64,000 bases of DNA from Chiloscyllium plagiosum. Taxonomy: Eukaryota. Location of the stretch: the NCBI RefSeq assembly GCF_004010195.1, contig NC_057758.1:4126962-4190961 (forward strand), read 5' to 3'. The position numbers and the translations under genes were made by a program. Below, in pieces: positions 38,163 to 51,500 of this stretch. Position 1 is the first letter of the stretch. Each line of letters begins with the position of its first letter. Below the pieces are notes generated by a model, which worked only from the letters and a program-made list of their open reading frames with translations, was not told the DNA's origin and did not search any database.

Positions 38163-39389
38163 CTGGACGCCAGTAAAACCAGGAAGATGGAACAAGGGAA
38201 GGAAATATATGGAGAAATAGCATGAGCAAAAGAGGAGACAATAAGCCTGTTCGAAATAAAAGCAGATATCGACATTATAATAGGATCACGGCTGATCAGA
38301 AATTCCTCACGTCTGATTTCTGGCCCTTCCCATGTATCTCTCGATGGCCCGATTGCTGAAGAACCTATCTCTCTCGGTTTTAAATATATACAAGGATTCT
38401 GACCGCATAAAGAGTTCAAATGTTTCTGAACACTCAGAGGCAATTACAGGAAGTTTATTTCAGTTTTAAAATTGAGTGCCACTTTGTTCTAAGACGATGC
38501 CTTCTGCTCATAAACTCTCCCAGGAAGTGGAAACATCCTCTAAGCTTCTACCCTGTCAAGCAGCTGTAGAATTATTTATTTGTTTCAACAATATGACCTC
38601 TCATTCTTCTGATCTTCACTGATTATAGTGCCAACACTTTTAACTTTTGTTGTTAAGAGGTGGGAAGAATGCGCTGGAAGGCAGGGTGGGCCAAGCTTGC
38701 AGAACAGAGCTGTGATTCAACTTGGAAATTTGCTGGAGAGCTGGAGAGGGAGAAAAAGATAAAAGTAAGAAAGGAAGAGGAGACAGCATGAAAACTGTGG
38801 GAAGAGAAAATTGCGGGAAGAGTAGGAAGGAAAACAATTTTATTCAGTCCCAGGATGTCTCACAGTCTTGATAAGGCAATTGAGATGATGTGAATGCTGC
38901 AAATCCTGTAAATGAAACATCAGTGAAATAATGACTGAATGTCTGTTTTTGGTAAGATTGGTCAATGGGACCATTGTTTGTTCCTGGATACCAACGGGAG
39001 CTCTCTAACTTCGGTTCAATTCAAGTTTCCAAGAATATTAAAATGTGGAGGTTGAATAGCTAGGAGAACAAAAATTGATAGTATTGACAAGGGATCTAAA
39101 TCGTTATTGTGGAAACTTCTCGTGTGTTGTCGAAGACACATCCATTCAAACAAGTTGGGCGTTTTCCCATCACACTATTAACTGGGGCTTTGGCGATAGT
39201 GGACATGCTTTGCCGGTGGAGGGAAAAAGTGAGTAAGCATGCGAGTTACTTGTTACAGGGTATTCAGTCTCTCACCTGCCCTTGTAGCCACCGTATTGAT
39301 TTAGATCATTTCGCGTTAGCAGTTACCCCTGGAACTTTGATAGTATCGAAACCAGCAATATCAATGCCATTGGAAGTCAATGCTTCCAC

Positions 39390-41200
39390 TGTGTGCGTAA
39401 GACAGAAAATGTGTGTGTGATAAACAGTAAGAGTGACTATGTGCGTGAGAGAATGTGTTTGTCTGACTGAGAGATTGTGTGCGTGACAGAAAGTGTGCAT
39501 GAATGAGCGTGTATGTGCAAGTGAGACAAATCAAATCCGTATCCAAGAAACAATCCATGTGTGAGTAAGCGAATGCATTTATGAGCTAGTGTACGTAAGA
39601 TGTTTTAGGTGTCAGTGTGTACTTTGTGGTGAGCGATAGCATGTATATGAGTGCGAGAGAGAATGTTTTTGTGAGAAAGGCAATCTCCGTGTGTGTAAGA
39701 GAATGTTTCCCTGCATGTCTGAAGTAGTGAGTGTAAGTGTAGGAGTTTGCGAGTCTGTGTGTATATGTAAGAGAGTGAAAGAGAAAGAATGTATTTCAGT
39801 GCAAGAGGGAGAAATGATTCGTTTGAGAGAGAAATATGCGTGCACGTGTGACAGTCTACATGAGACTGTGTGCGTCTGTATATATGTATTTGAGGGAATG
39901 ATAGATAAAGAATATGTTTATGCGTGAGGGAGATTATGAATCTGTGTGTGTAACTGCGAGGGAGAGAATATATGTGTCTGTGAACAAGTGGGAGAGACTG
40001 TATGTCTGACTGTGAGAGTTTGTGTTTGTGTCAGTTTGAGTTTATGAGTGAGCCTGTGTGTAAGTCAGTCTGTGCGAGTCAGTGTGAGTGTGTGTGAGTA
40101 GGAGAAGAGGGGAGGGAGAAAATGAGAGAGAGAGAGAGAGAGAGAGCGAGCGAAAGACAGAGAGAGACAGAGAGAGAATATATTTGCATAAACGTGCTGA
40201 ATGAAAAGAAATATGTCGTCAGAGCCAATTTACCGTTTGTCTCCAATCCTAGGTAGTATCAGTGATTAATCTACCATTTTGATGTGCCCAACATGTGTGT
40301 GTGTGTGTGCGTGTGTGTGCGGATCCTTATGTGCGTATGTGAGGCTGATTCTCTGTGTTGGTGCATGTGATTGCCTGTGAATGTGTGTGCGTGTATGGGT
40401 GTGTGTGTGTGAACTTGTTTGTGAATGTGTGGGTGGAGGTGCTTGTGTGTGTATTTGTGTGTGTATCGTTCGGTGTGTACGTGTGCATGTGTTCCTGTGT
40501 GTGAGCTTGAAAGGATGTGTATGCATGTGTGTGTGTGCCTGTCAGTATCTGTGTGTTTGTTGTTGTTTGTGTTTGTGATTGCGTGATTGTGTTGGTGTGT
40601 GCGTGTGTGAGAGTGGATATGCGTGTGTATGTGGGTACTGGTGTGTGTTTGTGCGAGTTTGTGTTAGCGCGTGTGTGTGTATGTATGGGTGGGTGTGTGT
40701 AGCTGTGGGTGGATGTGTGAGGGTGTGTCGTTGCATGAATGTGGATGTGTGTCTATGTATAGGGTGAACGTGTGCGTGTGTGTGCGTGTGTGTGTGTGTG
40801 GCGTTGTATGTTATTGTGGGTGTGAGTGTGTGGTTGTGTTTGGGTTTCTGTGAATGGATGCGTTTGTATGTATGTTTGTGTGCATGTGTATGTGGATACG
40901 TATGTGCGTATGTGAGACTGATTCTCTGTGTTAGTGCATGCGATTGCCTGTGAATGTGTGCGCGTGTATAGGTGTGTGTGTGTGAAGTTGTGTGTGAATG
41001 TGTGGGTGGAGGTGCTTGCGTGTGTATTTGTGTGTGTATCGTTCGGTGTGTATGTGTGCATGTGTTCCTGTGTGTGAGCTTGAAACGATGTGCTTGCACC
41101 TGTGTGTGTGTGTGCCTGTCAGCATCTGTGTGTGTTTATTTGTGTCCGTGGGTGTGTGTGTGTGTGTGCGCGTGCGCACATGCACGCATGCGTGTCTGGA
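39390..41200 (+). repeat. TG/GA-rich low-complexity tract with an internal ~230-bp duplication
   Basis: (TG)n degenerate. 40321-40560 resembles 40894-41135. Confidence 0.9.
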
Positions 41201-41239
41201 TGTAGTTGTGTTTGTGATGTTTTTTGCATATCCGAACAT

Positions 41240-41396
41240 ACATGTGTGATGATTTATCCCAGCAGATTCTCTTGAGTCCATATAAACATCAGCAGTGGGC
41301 CACCCTGCTCATTGTAGCTTGGAGCAGCAAGTCTGATGATGTGCACATCTCTAATATTGATTCTTGTTGCCTTCGCACTGGCACAGCCCAACACTG
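41240..41396 (-). pseudogene. Possible truncated Ig C-type exon
   Basis: Acceptor TTCCCTGTCAG. LEMCTSSDLLLQATMS resembles CxSSGWFPxPxVxW. Confidence 0.25.
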
Positions 41397-42021
41397 CTGA
41401 CAGGGAATTGAGAAGAAGGCTTTTTTTTTTGGTAGGTCAGTTCAAATCGCAGAAACCACTCTGGTTGTATGGACAGGGACGATGCAGAGGAGGCCATTCT
41501 ACCCGTTAAGCCTGTTCTGCCAGTTGTTTGGACCAGGTGTGCTTTCGGTTTTTTAATGCAGCGTCTCATATCGTTACTGGAAAAGTCTAAAAACCCATCA
41601 CTATCAAACCCTTCCGAGTTCTCCTTTCGTGGATCACTGTAAGCTCAGTATTTTTAAGCGGAATTTAAATAGAGGGAGGCCACACGCGGTATGGTGACAA
41701 GGGGATTAAAACTTTCGCCTCAGAGAATCAGGGACATGGGCTCTGGAGGCAGGTTCAATCAAAACCTCCAGGAAGTGTTTAATTTAAAAGAAATGAGAAG
41801 GAGTAGCAAAATAGCGCGGGGCGGACTGACGCTGCCTTTAAATCTTCATGTTTTCTCTGTTCAAAGCTCTTTCTTTTCCACTGGAAGACAACTGTAAACA
41901 GTAACTTTATAAGATCACAGGATATATGATATAAAGGCTGAATTAAGCTTTTCAGCCCCATGTATCTGCTCAGCCGTTTAAGTGCTGGATCCGATCATGC
42001 TCTGCTCTATTCTCGGGTCAT

Positions 42022-42521
42022 NNNNNNNNNNNNNNNNNNNNNNNNNNNNNNNNNNNNNNNNNNNNNNNNNNNNNNNNNNNNNNNNNNNNNNNNNNNNNNN
42101 NNNNNNNNNNNNNNNNNNNNNNNNNNNNNNNNNNNNNNNNNNNNNNNNNNNNNNNNNNNNNNNNNNNNNNNNNNNNNNNNNNNNNNNNNNNNNNNNNNNN
42201 NNNNNNNNNNNNNNNNNNNNNNNNNNNNNNNNNNNNNNNNNNNNNNNNNNNNNNNNNNNNNNNNNNNNNNNNNNNNNNNNNNNNNNNNNNNNNNNNNNNN
42301 NNNNNNNNNNNNNNNNNNNNNNNNNNNNNNNNNNNNNNNNNNNNNNNNNNNNNNNNNNNNNNNNNNNNNNNNNNNNNNNNNNNNNNNNNNNNNNNNNNNN
42401 NNNNNNNNNNNNNNNNNNNNNNNNNNNNNNNNNNNNNNNNNNNNNNNNNNNNNNNNNNNNNNNNNNNNNNNNNNNNNNNNNNNNNNNNNNNNNNNNNNNN
42501 NNNNNNNNNNNNNNNNNNNNN
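42022..42521. other. Assembly gap (500 N)
   Basis: N run. Confidence 1.
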
Positions 42522-42890
42522 GTGTGTGACAAAGCTTAGACTGTTGCAAACTGTTTAAGTCATGCACCTTATTCCTGCACTTTAGTTTGCATAGATTCTA
42601 CTATTGAATCATTACCGTTCTCAATTAACCTGCTCATGGTCCACAATGTCTCATTGACACCCAGGCATGGAACTGTTCCTTTGGTTATGAAGTAAATTTG
42701 AACGATGTTGACCACAACACTAAATAGCACAAGGTGTCAAATAGCTGAAGTAAATGTACACCGAGCCCCAGCGTAACGCAGGAGAGGAGGAATTTGCCCC
42801 ATGTCTTCTCTTTAAATCCCTATCTTGAAGGAGAAGGTTGGGTGGGTGGGGTGCAGAGAAAGAGAGGAAGAGAGAGAGTTGGGCATTTTT

Positions 42891-42947
42891 GTTCCAGCAA
42901 TAAAGTTTCAACTTTGATCTCCAGCATCTGCAGACCTCACTTTCTCC
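42891..42947 (+). mobile_element. 57-bp Penelope terminus between 52-bp direct repeats
   Basis: TGATCTCCAGCATCTGCAGACCTCACTTTCTCC matches the end of the 11651-11873 element. Direct repeats at 42839-42890 and 42948-42999. Confidence 0.75.
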
Positions 42948-43726
42948 TGGGTGGGTGGGGTGCAGAGAAAGAGAGGAAGAGAGAGAGTTGGGCATTTTTT
43001 ACAGGGAGTTCAAAAACTAGCAACATTCGCTTTGAACTCGCAGACTGCATAGAACGTGGAACACCCTGTGAATGGAATAGATGAAGAGGAAAGTTTTTCT
43101 TTTAGCGTAATTCCGACGATCTTTCTCTTTCACTCTGACTTGCTGTGTCCTTCTATGTGTCTCCATAGTTTTGGCAGCAAAGACTTGATAAAATAAATAG
43201 CCTTTTCGAAAATGGATGATACTTTGTTTCATTGATTCTCACTCTCACCCCTTCTTTAAGAATTACGTCCATCTCAGCCATTCTCTCCTTTTCTCCCATT
43301 TCTGTTTCTCTCAATACTAATCTAATTCTACATCTTCTACTCTCCAAACATTTAGTTTCGAATCTGAGACACGTGAACAAGTTTGCAAGGAATGAGCTGT
43401 CGCTGAAAATGACACTGCAGCTTAACCATTGTCTTTCAAACTACCTTTCGTTTAATTTATAAAATGAAGGGAAATGATGTGCAGCGATTTGTCGGGCAAC
43501 TAGTTGTCTAAACATACAAAAATGCATAATCTCAATCCAGATTTATCAGAGAGTATTTACTAATTTATTCTGTTCATGAGGTGCAATGGATCATCCGAAT
43601 AATGTTCCTATATGAGGACGTCTTCGGAATGCTTCAACCTCATCTTTATCATAACAGACAGGGCTCCTTTATCATTTAGGATGGGGAGAGTCGTTTAAGC
43701 TCTTCCTTTTTACTTTATATTAACCT

Positions 43727-44549
43727 GAACACCACCACAACGGGCAGTCAGGCTTCGGAAGTTTTATCTGACCCCTTGGCTGTGGGATCACCGAGCTATT
43801 ACTATTGCATGCTCTCTCTGATACTTTGCTATTTCATCAGGAAAGCTACATCAGGGTGGCCCCTTATTTTTTAGATGTGTCCGTTGTTTCTGAACTCATG
43901 TATTGCACCTCATCATTGGTATATGTTCCATAGGAAATTAAGCTTCGATATCCTGAGACTGCAACAATAACTTCCAAGAGCCATTAGCATCGTTATTAGA
44001 GGTAAGCATGACTCAAACTCAAGGACGTTTGTCCCTCACAGTCCCTTCACTCTAGATTAGCTTTGTGTCCTGGATTATAAAATCATTTAGGTACTGTCTT
44101 GCTGTGAAAGCCAGTCAATTTCACCTACTATAATTTGTGAAAGTTTGAACTAAATCTGCCATGAAGTTAAGGCTAATGACCAAGGCTAGTCATTAGTAAT
44201 GAACAACGAACTCTTGCCTGCAAGTGATGCTTGTATCAGTCTACTTCTAATGCTACATCCCCAATAGATGTGGACAGCGAAAATATATATAATTCTTAAA
44301 TAAGATCTAAACATTTCAACATTTTTACTTTCGACAACGAGTGATATTTGAACAGTCGTCGGTTAAGGACTATTGCATGCTCCACTGTCTTCAGGTAGAT
44401 AAAGAGCTGCTAGATTATCAGGGATTGCTCATTCATTGCAACTTTGTTGATGTGTTTCACATTCGATGGCGACTGGTCGTAAATCAGTTCCACTTCAGCA
44501 GAAAAGTTTTACCAATCTGGCAATGATCCAATACCAGAAATATTTTATC
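43727..44549 (-). pseudogene. Decayed V exon (44125-44549) plus C exon (43727-43958), butyrophilin/B7-like pair
   Basis: V: PVAIE.ET..SC..QLFIY..IGDVALEV..AGK.RC..IIV|GTGAAA. C: acceptor TTGTTGCAG then VSGYRSLISYGTYTNDEVQY. About 165-bp intron. Confidence 0.45.
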
Positions 44550-45619
44550 CTTGTGGGAAGAAGGAAGACCCAGGGAGAGGTGACCTCGGAGATAATGGGA
44601 GGAAGGGGCAAAGAGACAAATCGTAAAAAAAGAGAACGTGAAACAAAGAGAGACGGTAATATCTGAGCAATAAGGAGTAAGTGAGGAGAAGAGGGCAAGG
44701 TTGTTAATGAGCGAGGTAAATAGAGATGTGGTGAGTGTGTGGAATGGCATGGTCGTCGAGGAAATGAAGTGGGCACAGAAAGAAACGTGCACGTGAATAC
44801 ATGTGTGACAGAGAAAATATCAGAGAGAAAAACAGATTTTATAAAACAGGGAGAATGAGAAATATTTGATCGGAGATTCAAACATTTACTGGAAGACTGA
44901 ATGAGCAATGTAATGAAGGATTGATTCACCCCTCACTCTGGGAGGATTGAGCATTAACGTAATGGGGGAATTGATGCCCCCGTCGGCTGACTGTGAGTTC
45001 GATGTCATGTGCAATTAATTCTCACATCTTCAGGACTGGATAATCGATGCAATTGACCAAACGCCCTCGAAAACTGGTTACTCGTTACGCTTGACCTGTG
45101 ATATTCAGAGGCATTGATAAAATCTTCAAACAAAACAATGTTTGTGTTTGTGTTGTGACGTAATTAAACCAGGAGGCTGGCATGATATCACTCGAAAGAA
45201 AAGAGGGGCAGGCAGCAAGAGACTCTGCGACTTTGCTTTATCACTTTCTAATTCATTCATTCATGTCAGTGTTCCATTGCAGACAGAACTGAACACAAGA
45301 CAGACACGAACAAAAGCAAAGGTACACACATCGGCACACACAGTAACACAAGCAAAAAGATTGATAGGTAGCCTGTGAAACGGCAGGAGAAAGGGCAAGG
45401 GGACAACTCGCGATGAAGCAGAACGTAAGATAGTTCAAGACGAAATAATCGAGGAATCGGGAGACAGAGAGGAGCAGAGATGCATGGCTGTTAATGGGCC
45501 TGATAGACTGAGACACAGACTCAGAAACAGACAAAAAAACTGAGAAAACAAAACACACTTTGTTTACATCATTTGCCTCCAAATAAGTGGGTCACATGGG
45601 AGGCAGAGTTTCGAATCGT

Positions 45620-45940
45620 AGCAACACGGTGACTCTTTGGTTAGTCTCACAGCACCAGGGACACGAGGTCGATTCCGATCTCGTGCGACTGCCTGTATGA
45701 AGTTTGACAGTCTCCCCGTGTCTGTGAGGGTTCGCTCAGGTTTCCTCCCTCAATCCAATGATGTGCAGGTCAGGTGAATTGGTCATGCCATGTTACCCAT
45801 TGTTTTAGGTGCGTTAGTCAGGGATAAATATATGATAGGGGAATGGGGTCTGGATGGGTTACGTCTTGGGGGGGGGGGGGGGGGTCGGTGTGGATTTGTT
45901 GGGCTGAAGGGCCTATTTCAATACTGTAGATAATCTTAAC
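45620..45940 (+). mobile_element. HE1-type SINE, diverged
   Basis: CTCACAGCACCAGGGAC..GATGTGCAGGTCAGGTGAATTGG..TTGTTGGGCTGAAGGGCC. Confidence 0.8.
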
Positions 45941-46309
45941 TAATTTCCATCTCCAAAAGCTATAACTCAGAATATTCTAAACGAAACATTATTTGGTCAC
46001 ATTGAATAATGTGGACTATGACAATTTTTCCAAATATCTCTGGTTCTCATGTTAATTGATCCCTTTGACGGCTATGGTATTCACATTTGCAACTCTTTGT
46101 AAATTTGACACTGGGCTATTCGTTTTGTAACCATTGCTAGTATTCTTCAAAGCGTTTTCCGTGCACAAAGGCAAATCATATGATTGACAGGCTGAAAGGC
46201 AATGGTTTGTGAGGCATTTCATTATCAACTTATCAATTATTTATAATGTAAACACCGCATTTTATGCCTTCTGAATGCGACAGAGAGCGTTAAGCGATCC
46301 CACAACTAA

Positions 46310-46741
46310 TGCATCACATCATTGAAAAGGAGTGCAAATGTTTCAGACTTGGGATAATTTCAGAGGTACCGGTAATGTCCCTCTTTCGACAACTGTCCCA
46401 TTTTCCGTCTACAATCGCAACTGGAAGTATTGCAAAAAGATTTGATCAGATGCATTTGTACTGCGCCACTCTACTTCCAACTGCATGATTATACAGAGGA
46501 TAGTCAGGCCTGTACTGACAAATGGCAACGGACTTTAGTGTCACATAGTGTCACATAGTCTTCAGCAAAATCCTAATTTCCACAAAATTAAATCAAACTA
46601 CTCCGCCCCACACCAGCCTTCATATTCAATGACATTCCCGTCACGGCATCGCACACAATTCACAGCCTGTGATGGGCCATTAATTTCGATCTGCACCTGA
46701 ACAACAACATGCATCCTGGTATTCCATCAGCAGGTCAAAGT
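46310..46741 (-). pseudogene. Decayed butyrophilin-like V exon, copy 1 (within 717-bp tandem duplication)
   Basis: Acceptor AATTTCCAG. Motifs QIEINGPSQAV..LILWK..QY..SRV..NTS/LRL..ENGTV..EGHYR. Confidence 0.55.
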
Positions 46742-47029
46742 CTGGAAATTCAATGGAATCAACCCTTTCTTTATGCCTGACACGGTAGGTCGTTTGATTA
46801 GTAGCGCATCGACCACTGAAACATTGAAGATACTTTGATGCTGTTTACAGGAATCTATTTGTCTGCAAGCGTTTTCCGTGCACAAAGGCAAATCATATGA
46901 TTGACAGGCTGAAAGGCAATGGTTTGTGAGGCATTTCATTATCAACTTATGATGCAATTATTTATAATGTAAACACAGCATTTTATGCCTTCTGAATGCG
47001 ACAGAGAGCGTTAAGCGATCCTACAACTA

Positions 47030-47452
47030 ATGGATCACATCATTGAAAAGGAGTGCAAATGTTTCAGACTTGGGATAATTTCAGAGGTACCGGTAATGTC
47101 CCTCTTTCTACAACTGTCCCATTTTCAGTCTACAATCGCAACTGGAAGTACTGCAAAAAGATTTGATCAGATGCATTTGTACTGTGCCACTCTATTTCCA
47201 ACTGCATGATTATACAGAGGATAGTCAGGCCTGTACTGACAAATGGCAACGGGCTTTAGTGTCACATAGTCTTCAGCAAAATCCTAATTTCCACAAAATT
47301 AAATCAAACTACTCCGCACCACACCAGCCTTCATGTTCAATTACATTCCCGTCATGGCATCGCACACAATTCACAGCCTGTGATGGGCCATTCATTTCGA
47401 TCTGCACCTGAACAACAACATGCATCCTGGTATTCCATCAGCAGGTCAAAGT
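47030..47452 (-). pseudogene. Decayed butyrophilin-like V exon, copy 2
   Basis: Near-identical duplicate of 46310-46741 sharing the same disabling lesions. Confidence 0.55.
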
Positions 47453-47581
47453 CTGGAAATTCAAAGGAATCAACCCTTTCTTTATGTCTGACACGGTAGG
47501 TCGTTTGATTAGTAGCGCATCGACCACTGAAACATTGAAGATACGTTGATGCTGTTTACAGGAATCCATTTGTCTGCACGT

Positions 47582-47869
47582 TTAGATCAGATAAAGTTAG
47601 ATTAGATTACTTACAGTGTGGAAACAGGCCCTTCGGCACAACAAGTCCACACCTCCCCGCCGAAGTGCAACCCACCCATACCTTTACCCCTTACCTAACA
47701 CTACGGGCAATTTAGCATGGCCAATTCACCTGGCCTGCACATCTTTGCACTGTGGGCGGAAACCCACGCAGACACGGGGAGAATGTGCAAACTCCACACA
47801 GTGGGAATTGAACCCGGGTCTCTGGCGCTGTGAGGCAGAAGTGCTAACCAGTGTGCCACCGTGCCGCCC
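47582..47869 (-). mobile_element. HE1-type SINE (small internal deletions)
   Basis: Same A/B boxes and tail as 11299-11609. Confidence 0.9.
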
Positions 47870-47959
47870 ACACGTTCTGTAGCCGTGATCAGTAATAACA
47901 TAATAAAAGACACCGTGGACCCTGTGATAAATTGATTAGCATTTCCAATTCACAACATG

Positions 47960-48720
47960 TCAAGTCTGAGGCCTTCATCAACCTTCCTTCGAAATAATGG
48001 AAAAAAAATTCTGGACAGTGCTTCCTGAGTGCACTGCTGCAGGTGCTGACCACAGCACGGGCTCCAGTGACTCAGTGAGGAAACTCTTTCGTGGGAGCAC
48101 TATATGTTTCTTTGGGCAAAGCATCATACTCAATAATAAACAATCACTGTCACAGAAAAGTACAATGAAGAAGGACATTTGGGACACATGCTGACACCTT
48201 ATTGAATGTGATGTCGCACCGATACAAGGGACCACTTGATACAGAATCGGGTGTAGAGCCACAGATTCCGTACTGGTAATTTATGTGAGTTGTTTCATTT
48301 GGTAACAAAATAAGGTGAATTAAACTTGAATGAACAGATTTTAGAGAGAATAAAGTTTTTTTAGTTTTTTAATCGTCATTTAATAATAATCCGATCAAAT
48401 CACAGTTCAACACTTTTCAAATGCTCTCAAAACTTCATTCAGATCACGTCATAATGACAAGTGGTTTTCACAGCAACTCAGAAGCTGCACCATGAAGTCT
48501 CTTTCATGTGCTACGTGAGACATCCATATGGGATTGTAACTAAAGAAATTCACGTATCGGATAAACCATCATCATTGTCCGTATTAAGCAAAAATTCACT
48601 GAGATAGCAAACAGTAAACCGATTGATTTACTTCGATTTTCCACGTTCTTCTCCTTCTACTCAGATCGTTGGAACAACATCACCGGGGAAAGCAAAAAGT
48701 TGCTGAGAGTCTCCAAACAC
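47960..48720 (+). pseudogene. Possible decayed V exon (to 48284) plus C exon (from 48443)
   Basis: TVLPEC..LLNV..TDT..VLVIY|GTGAGT, then EVSFMCYVRHP. Confidence 0.3.
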
Positions 48721-48865
48721 TTTCCTAAAAACACATAACACATGTACAACCTTGAAAATCAACAGGTATTGTCAATTTCTCAGAAACAAAATCTGTTGCT
48801 ACGCAGTTACGTTGTGCAGTCATCAGAAGATGACATTCTATCACTTGAAACAAGAGAGAAAAACA

Positions 48866-49580
48866 CAGAGATTCATCACGGTTTAATTCATTCACTCAAA
48901 TTGTATCCTATTGCAAGCAGGTATCGTCATACAGACACACAACAGAAAGACAGACAGACAGAGATTCATCGCGGTTTAATTCATTCATTCAAATTGTATC
49001 CTATTGCAAGCAGGTATCATCATACAGACACACAACAGACAGACAGACAGGCAGACACACACACACACACAGATTAAGACCCTTTCTCACATATTCACAC
49101 ACACACAGAAAGAGACAGAGATAGAGAGAGAGAGAGAAATTAGTAGCCACAGAAACACGCACATACCCAGACACAGAAAAAACACATATGTACACGCACA
49201 TCCATAAAAACGAACACACACACACACGCACAAACAGCTTTGCATATACAGATTCACAAGCAGACATTCCACATGCCTTAGGGGAGACGCTGATTGCTTT
49301 CACAAACTAAAATTCATTTGCGTATATCAACACTTCGCACTAATTTTCATTATCGATCTGGATCATCACTTGACTCTCAGACAGGTAGAGAAAGAACTTT
49401 TGATAAATCATGTTTAATTCATTTATCCAAAGTGTGCTCCATTTCACGCAGAGCTGATGAAACTCTCTATTTCTGATTCTCTCTTTCCTCTGCCTATCAC
49501 ACACATACAGATACACACAAACACACACACAAATACAAAAGACACGCGCACACTCACGCACACACACATGCGTGCACACA
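48866..49580 (+). repeat. 93-bp tandem duplication followed by a CA-rich low-complexity tract
   Basis: GAGATTCATC..TTAATTCATTCA repeated at 48868 and 48961, then (CA)n and (GA)n. Confidence 0.8.
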
Positions 49581-49999
49581 GACAAGCACAGAAGTAAATG
49601 CTCAAATGAAAATTGTTTGCAGACGTTTATCTGTGTTGAGAGACTTGTCAAGCTCACTTTATTGTCTTTGGGGAAGAGACAGTTGCAGATTTTCCATGTT
49701 CGGTGTGCTTACGATTATGAGTGTCACGGGCAGAGGGGATACAATGCAACTGCTCCATTCAAACATTGTCAATAAAAAGTAGGATATTGTTTTATGCTGA
49801 AGAGAAAGGTGATCGACGGGTCTTGAAGGATTACGTTTTCAGGCAGAGAATGGGGTGTGGAATGCTGTGTCTGGGAGAGTCGCTGAGGAGGAATCGCCAT
49901 AACTTTTAAAACGCACTTTCAGGCTTTGAGGACGATGTGGGGAAGTGGACTCATGCAGTTTTAGAGCATCGTTGGCAGCAGAGACCGGACAGGGTGAAG

Positions 50000-50388
50000 G
50001 GAGCGAAGGCAGTCTGTGACTTGATGAATCCATGGATCTCTCAGAGGTCCATATTTTTGATCAACTGAATAAGTCACCACTTCTCTCTTCCGAGGAGTAA
50101 AAGGCCAATTTCTCCGATCTTTCCTTCCTTCCAAAATCCCACACTCTTGGTCGATGGCACACACTGCTGCGACTCAGCATCTGTGTAGGGGAAGTGGATG
50201 CCTGTGAATGTATTGTCAATCATGGACAGAGAAGCTCTCTGTCTTTGAAAGTGTGAATTTTAAACTCCTTGACGATAGGTCCCCATCTATATTGGAACAG
50301 CCACGATGCTGTTAGCAGTCCTGTTCCAGAAATTGCATTCAGTCGTCGGGAGAGAGAGGTTATTGCGTTCCACATCAAAAGAAGTGTG
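50000..50388 (-). pseudogene. Possible decayed V exon
   Basis: LNAISG..IHFPY..ESQ..KEGKIGEIGLLLL. Confidence 0.28.
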
Positions 50389-51034
50389 CTGTTTGAAAGG
50401 AACTTGAGATCATTATCGTTCATTTATTTCCATCCCTTTCCCTTGTTAGTGGTGAGCAAAAGCTTCTTATCAATCAATAGTAGCTCACTTCTGCCAGGAT
50501 ATTCTGTGCGGTTCAAGGACAATTGCGTAATGTAGCTGTAGATGAGATACTGTTGTAACAAACCGGGACTAAAATAGACAAGATGACCGATTTGGCTTTT
50601 TAAGCGAATACAAGATAGCTAAAAGGGTCTGACAGTTATGGACAGCAGATGGTCGCAGCTGAACTTGTTGTCTTCACCTGGGTATATTGATTGAGATTAT
50701 CCGCAGAATGAAACATTAATGAGGCCTAGTTTAACCACTATCCCAAGTTTGATATTTCGTAAAACAAAGTAGAAGGAAAAAGTACATCTCTACAGTATTT
50801 AGAATTATGGAAGTAATTGCAGAATCAGAAATGCAAATAGTAAATTTGTGTGAAAAAGGCAGTTGCATTCATTAAGGAAATGGCATTGCTAGAAAAGATA
50901 AAATAATGAATGGCAGAATTCCAAATTCTGAAAAAAAAAATTGGCACAGGAAAGGAAGAGAAGAAGCGATGACTAGGAAAAGATTAACAATTGAATCTTA
51001 AATACATATGTAGACATTTCGGACAAATTCTTAC

Positions 51035-51500
51035 ATTCAAAGTATCAATGGACCATGACAAGGATAAATTATAAAGTACAGCATGACATGTTGTTGTCCC
51101 CTCGTTGTTTCTGAAATCTAAATAAGTGCCATTCATAGCTTGATAAGTTGTAAAGTGCTTGAATTTCACTCTACTCAGTGAAATACGAATAGATGTTTTC
51201 TTTATTACGAAAATGTAATCAGTAATAAATGGTATTTGAAGTGGAAAAAAATAAGATTTATTGTAAGGTGGAACTTCGGATTAAATTCCAATTACATCTT
51301 GTGAGCATTCTGGGTAATCCAATATGTACGACAGGGTGAAAAGGTTTTAAATGTAACAGCTAGACTTTTTTGAGGTATTTTCTAAGCTGGAGGTGATTTT
51401 CGCGAATTCCACAAGCAGCAATTAATGTTTTATCTGCTGTTGCAATAGTTTTGGAACCTTGGAGGACAACAAACGTCAAAACAAAGACATTTTTCAAATG
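51035..51500 (-). pseudogene. Decayed Ig V-set exon
   Basis: FVVLQGSKTIATADKTLIAAC..LKKV*(W)..PVVH..NNEGTTTCHAV. Donor GTAAGA. Confidence 0.45.

Larger units (their letters stand above)
46150..47578 (+). repeat. Tandem duplication, 717-bp period
   Basis: AAGCGTTTTCCGTGCAC at 46150 and 46867. Copies near-identical. Confidence 0.92.

Noticed and set aside
38850..39230. Plus-strand VJ-like Ig exon (GNFSCVV..GFGDSGHALPV|GTGAGT)
   Set aside because: The 5' half looks SINE-derived and no convincing first Cys/Trp is present. Too weak to call.
40266..41281. His/Thr-rich and Cys/Val-rich ORFs up to 185 aa
   Set aside because: Translations of (TG)n low-complexity DNA.
41960..42567. Long ORFs spanning N runs (also 62785-63363)
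   Set aside because: Artifacts of assembly gaps.
43017..43070. Minus-strand LCSLRVQSECC* as a defensin C-terminus
   Set aside because: Only three cysteines and wrong spacing.
43576..43913. 12-bp inverted repeat ATGAGGTGCAAT as transposon TIRs
   Set aside because: Does not extend, no TSD, compatible with chance.
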